Source: a virus
Lineage: Duplodnaviria; Heunggongvirae; Uroviricota; Caudoviricetes
Strand: one strand, 5' to 3'
Length of the DNA stretch: 64,000 nucleotides
IMG/VR virus record: IMGVR_UViG_3300031555_002573
Span: 44,572 to 108,571 of that record
Both the position numbers and the translations under genes were made by a program. Positions 57,080-64,000 of the stretch are shown here, piece after piece; the first letter of the stretch is position 1; each line of letters opens with the position of its first letter. The notes under the pieces were generated by a model. The model worked only from the letters and a program-made list of their open reading frames with translations. It was not told the origin of the DNA and made no database searches.

Positions 57080-58012
57080 ATGAGTCACGAAGTAGAAACT
57101 ATGTTCAGTGTTAGAGAGGTGCCGTGGCACGGTCTGGGTACCATTGTTCAGGATGCCCCTACTTCCAAGGAGGCAATTAAACTCGCTGGTTTGGATTGGA
57201 AAGTTGATAGTCAACCGATTTTCACAGAACACCAAATCGAAATTCCTAACTACAGGGCAAATGTTAGAGATAGTGATAACAAAGTTCTCGGCATTGTTAC
57301 TAATCGTTATCAAATTGTACAAAATAGTGATGCCTTTGATTTCACAGACTCCTTGATTGGAGAAGGTTGTAAATATGAAACTGCCGGGTCTTTGTTTGGG
57401 GGTAAGAAAATTTTCTTGCTTGCCAAACTGCCGGAAAGAAAAATCTTGGACGATAGCTTTGACCCCTATATCTGCTTTACCAATTCTCACGATGGTATGG
57501 GAGCCATTCGTGCTTGTATGACTCCTGTTCGAGTTGTTTGTAATAATACTTTGAACTTGGCACTCTCTACTACTAAGCGTCAATGGTCTACAAAACATGT
57601 GGGTGACCTCGATAGCAAATTGAGTGAGGCTCAACACACTCTTCAACTTGCTAATTCCTATATGGATGATTTGGCAGTAGTTGCTGACAAATTGGCAAAT
57701 ACAAAGATTACCGATGAGAAGATTATGGAATTGCTCAATGAGTTGTTCCCCATCGTAGAAACTGACAGTGACCGTAAAAAGAACAATGCCAAAGAAATGC
57801 AAACTCGATTTATGACATGTATGTTTGCTCCTGACATCCTTAAATTCAAGGGTACGGCATGGCAAGCAGTTCAAGCGGCCAGTGATTTTGCCACTCACAT
57901 CGCCCCTAAAAGAATGACCGACACCTATCAAGAGAACAACTTCAACAGAGTTCTTGATGGTCACATCATCATCGACAAAGTATTTGAAGAAATGATGAAG
58001 AAAGTAGCATAA
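57080..58012 (+). CDS. hypothetical protein (N-terminus resembles phage/plasmid DUF932-type proteins)
   Basis: AAAGGAGAAATG RBS; the minus-strand ORF of equal length is judged to be a frame shadow. Confidence 0.5.
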   Translation: MSHEVETMFSVREVPWHGLGTIVQDAPTSKEAIKLAGLDWKVDSQPIFTEHQIEIPNYRANVRDSDNKVLGIVTNRYQIVQNSDAFDFTDSLIGEGCKYETAGSLFGGKKIFLLAKLPERKILDDSFDPYICFTNSHDGMGAIRACMTPVRVVCNNTLNLALSTTKRQWSTKHVGDLDSKLSEAQHTLQLANSYMDDLAVVADKLANTKITDEKIMELLNELFPIVETDSDRKKNNAKEMQTRFMTCMFAPDILKFKGTAWQAVQAASDFATHIAPKRMTDTYQENNFNRVLDGHIIIDKVFEEMMKKVA

Positions 58013-58013
58013 A

Positions 58014-58047
58014 ATAGTTGATTTTTAATAAGACTTGTTATATAATA
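58014..58047 (+). promoter_or_regulatory. conserved extended promoter embedded in an 18-bp perfect inverted repeat
   Basis: aaatagTTGATTttt..TATAAT; palindrome arms at 58028-58045 and 58058-58075. Confidence 0.55.
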
Positions 58048-58092
58048 TACTTGTTAGTTATATAACAAGTCTTATTTTAGGAGGAACAAGTA

Positions 58093-58635
58093 ATGAAGCC
58101 GTTGGAGAAGGACATAATCATCAAAGAGGCAATCAATACTAAACCCGGAACTATCACTCGAATTTGCTATATGAGTGAGCAAAAGGTCAAGGCTTCCTAC
58201 AAAAAGCAAGGATGGAAAGTTTTTAAGGTAACTGAAACTTCCGCTAGACTTGGGGTTAACTATGGTCACATTGCCTCTGTAATTGCTCGTAAGGCAGAAG
58301 AGCAACTTATTGAAACTGCTCAAAGAGTTAATAACTATGAGTGGGTAGTTGAAAATAAGGTGAGATACAACAACAATACTGGCAAATATTATTTGTTTAC
58401 CGCTAATTTTAATAATGGTCATAATACTAAATCTTTTTATATTGTGACTAATGAAGAAGAAAACTTTGTAACTGTTGTGGATGATTTGAAAAACAGTAAC
58501 TTTGAGTATTTGATGCTTCCCTCTCAATGGACAACTTCAAATACTCACAATGAAGTAAAAACTATCTCTTTTGAGAACATCTATAGAATTGGCTCGGCAG
58601 GTATGTCTATAACAAAAGATTCTATAGCTATGTAA
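58093..58635 (+). CDS. hypothetical protein
   Basis: AGGAGGAACAAGTAATG RBS. Confidence 0.5.
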   Translation: MKPLEKDIIIKEAINTKPGTITRICYMSEQKVKASYKKQGWKVFKVTETSARLGVNYGHIASVIARKAEEQLIETAQRVNNYEWVVENKVRYNNNTGKYYLFTANFNNGHNTKSFYIVTNEEENFVTVVDDLKNSNFEYLMLPSQWTTSNTHNEVKTISFENIYRIGSAGMSITKDSIAM

Positions 58636-58658
58636 ATATAGTTTAGGAGGTATTTATA

Positions 58659-59432
58659 GTGAAGATTATTTATAATATGAGAAAATATAAATATAAATTA
58701 AAATCAATTTTTATGTGTCTTCTTATTTTGGTCGCTGTATGTAATACCATAGGATTTTTTAAGTACAAGTCGTTGTACAAAGACCACTCCGAAAACTTAC
58801 ACTCTACTTTGATTTCTAATGAGGCACTAAAAAATCAATTACAACTATTACAAGATGATATTTCAAAGTTGGAATCCACATTGTATGAGAGGGATAATCA
58901 ACTTGAAGATAGCGCCAATAAAGTGGAAGAATTAAAAAATAAAAATAAAACTTTGTTGAAAAATTCTGCTAATAATATTTCTTATCCGGATAAAACATAT
59001 ATTCAATCTACATATATTTGGGTGTATCTTACTGACACTTTAGGCCTAAGCAAATATGTGGCAGCAGGAATTCTTGGAAATATTATGGTTGAAGTTGGCG
59101 GACAATCTCTGGATATTTCTAGGTACTCATGTGGGTACTCTTCTAACAAAGAGTATTATGGCATTTGTCAGTGGTCAAAACATCGTAAGGATAGATTATT
59201 CAAAGATTTTGGATACTCTCTTGAGGCTCAACTTAAGTTTTTGTCCGTGGAGATATTTGAAGAAATTCCAGAAAATACAGGATTCTATGAATTGACTGAC
59301 GAAAAAGAAGTTGCTCTATACTTTGCCAAAAATTATGAGCGTTGCAATACTAGAAGTTATAAATTGAGGCAACAATGTGCGACAAAAGCATTAGAATACT
59401 TTACGAATAATTCTAATTCACTTTTTTGGTGA
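58659..59432 (+). CDS. membrane-anchored coiled-coil protein with a phage tail lysozyme-like (G-L/I-x-GN...QW) C-terminal domain
   Basis: N-terminal TM helix; GILGNIMVEVGGQSLD...YYGICQWSKHRKDRL resembles the phage tail lysozyme family. Confidence 0.4.
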   Translation: MKIIYNMRKYKYKLKSIFMCLLILVAVCNTIGFFKYKSLYKDHSENLHSTLISNEALKNQLQLLQDDISKLESTLYERDNQLEDSANKVEELKNKNKTLLKNSANNISYPDKTYIQSTYIWVYLTDTLGLSKYVAAGILGNIMVEVGGQSLDISRYSCGYSSNKEYYGICQWSKHRKDRLFKDFGYSLEAQLKFLSVEIFEEIPENTGFYELTDEKEVALYFAKNYERCNTRSYKLRQQCATKALEYFTNNSNSLFW

Positions 59433-59483
59433 ATATCATTGAATTTGTTAATAGGAAAAGTTTATGTAGAAGGGGTGGAATAA

Positions 59484-60545
59484 TTGTCAGAGTATGTTGG
59501 ATGGACACTATTCGACAAAGTAATCATAGTTGCTAAAAGAGAGTACAAATGGGATTTTAATCAACATAAAACTGTTGAAGGAGAGTTACAAGGATACATA
59601 GTTGACCCAAGTAACAAGAAGATGCTAGAGTCTGCTATCAGTTGGGGAACAGTTACTAGAAGGCTTGATGAAAAAGATGAGCACGGCAGATACATCTATG
59701 AAAAGATAGAGCCAGCTCAATATGAATTTGACAATGAAGATTTCTCTCTGGAGCTACTTGATTGTGCTGAAGGCAGCAGTCAAGGTGGCAAGTTAAGTTT
59801 TTGGAATTGTTTAGTGACTAAAGGCGAGTATAGATTTAAGGTAGGTATTGCATCTAATCTATTGCTTGAACTCTTGAAGAGCTCTACATTCCGAAATGGT
59901 GTGTGTTTACATAAAGTGTTCTTTGCCCGATGTAAGGGTGGAGTAGGGATGCTACACAAGGATATGGAAGCATATAAAGAAGCCATCGCTGATATGGATA
60001 AAAAGGAAGCTGTTAAATCAGCTAAGAAAACAAGTAAGTGGGAAGTTGGTTGTAATTATGTCACTCTTACGGAAGATTCAATGTATCTGTGCACAGCTTA
60101 TAGATGGTTAAAACCTTTGTACAGAAGGACCCTATACCGATTTGACGAGTTTATAGGCTATGAGAAACTGTCTAAACCAGAGCGAGTACACATTACTGCT
60201 GACACAAGTTCTGTCTACAAAGATATAAGTTCTTATTTTAATTCAAATCGGTACTTACATGAAAGAGATAAATGTCCTTCTCGCATGAGAGGTAGTTTAC
60301 AACTGAATGTTGATATTGATAATGAATTTATTGATAAGTATTTCTTTGATAAAGCAATTGAAGAATTACAGAGTCAACTGAGTTACATCAACGATTGTAA
60401 GAAAAAGAACTGGAGCTACAACCTCTACTCTCTTCGTGATGTGGGGCTGAGTTCTTCTGCTGAGTCTTATGATACACCCGAAGAGGTTAAAAGATTAATC
60501 GCAGAATGCGGATTGGAGTATAAAGAAGATGGACAGAAGAGTTAA
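59484..60545 (+). CDS. hypothetical protein
   Basis: 353-aa ORF; TTG start after a GAAGGGGTGG RBS. Confidence 0.5.
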   Translation: MSEYVGWTLFDKVIIVAKREYKWDFNQHKTVEGELQGYIVDPSNKKMLESAISWGTVTRRLDEKDEHGRYIYEKIEPAQYEFDNEDFSLELLDCAEGSSQGGKLSFWNCLVTKGEYRFKVGIASNLLLELLKSSTFRNGVCLHKVFFARCKGGVGMLHKDMEAYKEAIADMDKKEAVKSAKKTSKWEVGCNYVTLTEDSMYLCTAYRWLKPLYRRTLYRFDEFIGYEKLSKPERVHITADTSSVYKDISSYFNSNRYLHERDKCPSRMRGSLQLNVDIDNEFIDKYFFDKAIEELQSQLSYINDCKKKNWSYNLYSLRDVGLSSSAESYDTPEEVKRLIAECGLEYKEDGQKS

Positions 60546-60828
60546 GAAATTTTATAGCAAATATCCTTTGTTTAAGAGAGCGTTTGAAGATGGTAAAGAT
60601 GTTTATGCGGTTGCTGCATCTATTATGTTTAATTGTGAATATGAGGATTGTTTAGAGTACAAAAAAGGTAAACCTTTCCCTGAAGGGAAATATCGAAGAA
60701 CGGTAGCAAAAAAGATTTTATGTGCTATGTATTTTTCTACTAAGAGAAAATATCATAATGTGGCATTTGATATGATTGAACGCTTTGATTTTAATGGGTA
60801 TAAACTGGAGGCAAAAAGAGACGTATGA
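60529..60828 (+). CDS. hypothetical protein
   Basis: 99-aa ORF. Confidence 0.45.
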   Translation: MDRRVKKFYSKYPLFKRAFEDGKDVYAVAASIMFNCEYEDCLEYKKGKPFPEGKYRRTVAKKILCAMYFSTKRKYHNVAFDMIERFDFNGYKLEAKRDV

Positions 60829-61538
60829 AAGTAACTTTAACTAGAATTACAAATGACCCTATTCTTGCCATTGAGGAGGCTGCAAGTAATTGCTATGATA
60901 GTATTCCTGATGGCAGTGGAAAGATTATGAAGCATTGCATCAAGTCAGGACATCAAAGTGTCCTCGAATTTTGTGACTTCACTTTTCACATTGAAGGAAT
61001 TAGCAGAGCACTGTCACACCAGTTAGTAAGACATCGTATTGCAAGTTATGCACAACGTAGCCAGAGGTATTGTAGTGAAGACGGATTTGCTTATGTAACT
61101 CCAAAATCTATTTCTACTAGTGAACGAGCAAACTATATCTACAATGAGCTAATGGAAAAAATTGAGGAATATTATGAGACACTACAATCCCTTGGTATTC
61201 CTAATGAGGATGCTCGTATGGTACTTCCTAACGCTTGTGAAACTATCATCGAAGTTAAAATGAATCTTCGTACTCTTATGAACTTCATGAATGAGCGTTT
61301 GTGCACTTGTGCTCAATGGGAAATTCGTGAAATGGCATTAGCTATGAAAAAAGCAGTTGTAGAGCAAGTTCCTCAACTGGAGGAGAATCTTGTTCCTAAA
61401 TGTGAGCGATTTGGTAAAGAGTTTGGTTTCTGTATGGAGACAAAACAACGCAGAGAAGCTCTCAAATGCAATCGACATCCTCGTCTTGCTGATGTTTTTG
61501 AAGATTATCATAACTACAAGGATATGCAGGAAAGTTGA
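60825..61538 (+). CDS. thyX: flavin-dependent thymidylate synthase ThyX
   Basis: ThyX signature QLVRHRIASYAQRSQRY (RHRxxSxxxxSxR). Confidence 0.8.
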   Translation: MKVTLTRITNDPILAIEEAASNCYDSIPDGSGKIMKHCIKSGHQSVLEFCDFTFHIEGISRALSHQLVRHRIASYAQRSQRYCSEDGFAYVTPKSISTSERANYIYNELMEKIEEYYETLQSLGIPNEDARMVLPNACETIIEVKMNLRTLMNFMNERLCTCAQWEIREMALAMKKAVVEQVPQLEENLVPKCERFGKEFGFCMETKQRREALKCNRHPRLADVFEDYHNYKDMQES

Positions 61539-61544
61539 TTTAAT

Positions 61545-61790
61545 ATGAAAGAGAAACTATACTTATATGCAGCAAAAGACACCGTGACTGGAAAACTTGT
61601 CTCTGATATCACTAATCCGAAGCGTAAGTATTGGGATAAGAAAGGCAACGCAGTTAAAGCTATTGATAGCTATAATCGCAGTTATGCAAATAGAAATGTT
61701 CCAACATACATCTCTAATAAAGGTGCACACAATATTGTTGAGTTAGTAACATTTGAGCTTATGGAGGTACATAATGAAAGTAACAATTGA
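61545..61790 (+). CDS. hypothetical small protein
   Basis: 81-aa ORF. Confidence 0.45.
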   Translation: MKEKLYLYAAKDTVTGKLVSDITNPKRKYWDKKGNAVKAIDSYNRSYANRNVPTYISNKGAHNIVELVTFELMEVHNESNN

Positions 61791-62343
61791 GATGGACAAT
61801 CTTCAGTCGGTGATTGAAGGCGCGGTTAAGAAGAATACTGGCGAGGTAATTGAAGATTGGGTACGACAGACAACCACATCAATTCTCGATAGGGACTACA
61901 AAGAGGTCATTGAAGAAGTTGTCACTTCTAAGATGAAAGAGTGTATCGATACATATATCAGTAACTATCAACTCGCTGTTGGAGGAGGTTTTGAAGGAAC
62001 TCCTATTCAATATTACACTCCGCATGAATACATCAATAAGATTATCAGTGACACTTTCCGTGATAAGAAGTTTACTACTTATGTTGAGAGACCTTATGGT
62101 GGTAAAGATAAGAAAGAAGTTACTTTCGGGGAGTTAATCAAAGACATTCTTAATCCTACACTTGAAATTCAACGTCATATGGAATCTTTAGCAAAAGGTG
62201 TTAAGAGTGAAGTTAACATACTACTTAAGAAAGAATATGATAAGTCTTTGCAGAATGCGTTGTCTGGTGTTATAATGGATGTTATTATGCAAAACCAAGA
62301 GTTCAAGAATATCAATGATAATATCAAGAGACTTGGTGATTAA
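61774..62343 (+). CDS. hypothetical protein
   Basis: ATG after a GGAGGTACATA RBS. Confidence 0.5.
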   Translation: MKVTIEMDNLQSVIEGAVKKNTGEVIEDWVRQTTTSILDRDYKEVIEEVVTSKMKECIDTYISNYQLAVGGGFEGTPIQYYTPHEYINKIISDTFRDKKFTTYVERPYGGKDKKEVTFGELIKDILNPTLEIQRHMESLAKGVKSEVNILLKKEYDKSLQNALSGVIMDVIMQNQEFKNINDNIKRLGD

Positions 62344-62345
62344 CT

Positions 62346-62525
62346 ATGCGTGGGGAAATCATCGAAAATTATACGACTTGTGAATACTGTGAGCGAACTT
62401 ACTACGAATGGGACACCGGATATGAAGAATATGGGTGCACTCTTGGTGACAGTAATCCTGATGAAACACCTTGTTGTCACGACTGTTGTCCACTAAATTG
62501 TAAGTATGAGGTGAAAAGCGATTGA
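62346..62525 (+). CDS. small Cys-rich protein (59 aa)
   Basis: CEYCE...CCHDCCPLNC. Confidence 0.35.
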   Translation: MRGEIIENYTTCEYCERTYYEWDTGYEEYGCTLGDSNPDETPCCHDCCPLNCKYEVKSD

Positions 62526-62827
62526 TAATTGTTTATTATGACGATAAAGATAAGCAAGAAAATATATTAGCTACAATTGAGACTATTAAAGAAGCCACGA
62601 AAGAACCCATCATAGCCATTCCAAAAAACTATGATGTACTATTAAATTGCTCCTTTGACCAATTGGCTACCCTTAAAGGAATTATAGACACAGCGCTTGG
62701 CTTGAAATTAAGTCTTGGAGCTGCTAATTCGACTGACAAAGAGTTGCCATCCATTGATGAAGAGACTGATGATTTTGAAAAAAATCATCCCAACGTAACA
62801 TTTATAGATAGTAAAAATATTCATTAA
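62522..62827 (+). CDS. hypothetical acidic protein
   Basis: 101-aa ORF followed by a terminator hairpin. Confidence 0.45.
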   Translation: MIIVYYDDKDKQENILATIETIKEATKEPIIAIPKNYDVLLNCSFDQLATLKGIIDTALGLKLSLGAANSTDKELPSIDEETDDFEKNHPNVTFIDSKNIH

Positions 62828-62835
62828 AAGTTAAA

Positions 62836-62873
62836 ATAAATCAACTATTTTTAAATAAGTAGTTGATTTATTT
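62836..62873 (+). terminator. intrinsic terminator hairpin overlapping the -35 of the next promoter
   Basis: aaataaatcaact...agttgatttattt inverted repeat followed by a T-rich tract. Confidence 0.45.
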
Positions 62874-62892
62874 TATTTATTGTAGTATAATA
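62859..62892 (+). promoter_or_regulatory. conserved extended promoter
   Basis: agtagTTGATTtat..gtagTATAAT. Confidence 0.55.
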
Positions 62893-62956
62893 CAAATACA
62901 TTAAATAGATATTTTTGAAGAATAAACCGCTGTAGAAGAAACGGAGTTTGACAACA

Positions 62957-63301
62957 ATGACTGAATATATCTGTTGTCGCAAATGCGATTCACCGTATTG
63001 TGTTGGATGTAACTTAAAGACATTAGAAACAATGTTAGAAGACGGTAGATTTGATTGTCTTATGGACAACAACCATACTATCAACCCAACTGCTGATGTG
63101 GAAAAGGTACGACATGGTGTGTGGATAGAGCACCACAGACAATCTTATCTTGTTCATCCTATGATATATGATGAAGATGGTCCTATACTTCAGGACTATG
63201 TTAGTTATGAATGTTCTGAGTGTGGTAGAACGGAGAGCAAGAAAGAACCTTATTGTCACTGCGGGGCAAAGATGAATGGAGGTAGTAATGAGCAAGAATA
63301 A
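62957..63301 (+). CDS. Cys-rich zinc-ribbon protein, paralogue of 63288..63647
   Basis: CCRKCDSPYCVGC...CSECG...EPYCHCGAKMNGG. Confidence 0.5.
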   Translation: MTEYICCRKCDSPYCVGCNLKTLETMLEDGRFDCLMDNNHTINPTADVEKVRHGVWIEHHRQSYLVHPMIYDEDGPILQDYVSYECSECGRTESKKEPYCHCGAKMNGGSNEQE

Positions 63302-63647
63302 AGAATATGCTGAGCGTGAAGAGTTGGTAGAGTTTCTGAAGGTTGAAATACAACAATGTGAGGCCGAACTTGCGGAAAGCGACGGAGAGGATGACCGCTA
63401 CGAACAAGCGGTTGAGAGCAGAATGCTTGGACTTGTGGAAGTGTTGAGAAAAGTCACGAACACAACTCCTGCTGATGTAGCAGAAGTATGTCACGGGGAG
63501 TGGATTGAAGAAGAACAAGAAGTAGAATTCTATGGTTGTATTGACAAGCAAACTTTCTACAGATGCTCCTTGTGTGGCAGATATGAAGATAAGCAAGAGC
63601 CGTACTGCAATTGTGGTGCGAAGATGGATGGAAGTGGTGAGGGATAA
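63288..63647 (+). CDS. Cys-rich zinc-ribbon protein, paralogue of 62957..63301
   Basis: CSLCGRYEDKQEPYCNCGAKMDGSG; GGAGG RBS. Confidence 0.5.
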   Translation: MSKNKEYAEREELVEFLKVEIQQCEAELAESDGEDDRYEQAVESRMLGLVEVLRKVTNTTPADVAEVCHGEWIEEEQEVEFYGCIDKQTFYRCSLCGRYEDKQEPYCNCGAKMDGSGEG

Positions 63648-63946
63648 TGGGATATAGGCATTATTTTCATAGTGTACCGAAAACAGAAATTGCAGAAATA
63701 AAACAATGTAAGACAAACGAGGAGTTTTGCAGCTGGGCAAAAAGCAAGGATTACAGCAGAGACGATGAGTTTGTTTCGGTTTACAATATCGGAAAAGAAT
63801 TATACGAACTTGGGAAATATGTTGATTGGGCTTTTGAGATGCAAGAGAACAACGAAAGCATATTTGGTGATAAAGGGTTAGAAGAAATGTATTCCGATTA
63901 CTGCCCCTGTGATATGCACAAAAGAAGATTTCCTTTTTGCGATTAA
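63647..63946 (+). CDS. hypothetical protein
   Basis: 99-aa ORF. Confidence 0.45.
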   Translation: MGYRHYFHSVPKTEIAEIKQCKTNEEFCSWAKSKDYSRDDEFVSVYNIGKELYELGKYVDWAFEMQENNESIFGDKGLEEMYSDYCPCDMHKRRFPFCD

Positions 63947-64000
63947 CAAATACAAAGAAAAAGTTGTCGCATATTATAAGGGTCTTTTAGAGGGGGATAA

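Noticed and set aside
57032-57964. 310-aa minus-strand ORF mirroring 57080..58012
   Set aside because: Exact shadow of the plus-strand gene, which has a strong RBS and promoter. No minus-strand promoter or RBS is present.

Overview
AT-rich, almost entirely plus-strand module from a large virulent phage of a Firmicutes (Bacilli) host. Supporting evidence: a tRNA-Glu nearly identical to the Bacillus type, sigma-A-like promoters and GGAGG ribosome-binding sites. The window contains four blocks. (a) Replication and recombination: DnaG-like primase, PolA-type DNA polymerase, clamp-loader subunits, RecA/UvsX-like recombinase, RecU-like and Hjc-like resolvases, and SbcCD. Both the DNA polymerase gene and sbcC are interrupted by apparent group I introns that each carry a GIY-YIG homing endonuclease. 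(b) A DNA-methylation block with at least three methyltransferases, one of them split by a +1 frameshift, plus a truncated MetK-like SAM synthetase. (c) Nucleotide metabolism: anaerobic ribonucleotide reductase NrdD, an FNT-like channel and NrdG, together with dUTPase, ThyX, a 5'(3')-deoxyribonucleotidase and an HD hydrolase. (d) An early region of many small Cys-rich zinc-ribbon proteins, and a roughly 9-kb tRNA array (45.4-54.8 kb). The array holds at least 21 canonical tRNAs, most with encoded CCA, interleaved with tRNA-like elements that lack a normal anticodon arm and with several ORF-free transcribed stretches of 0.5-0.75 kb that may be structured RNAs. About 19 copies of one highly conserved extended promoter (aaTAGTTGAct, 17 +/- 1 nt, TATAAT) punctuate the region. 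No capsid, tail or terminase genes are present. All coordinates and motif calls come from manual reading and may be off by a few nucleotides.
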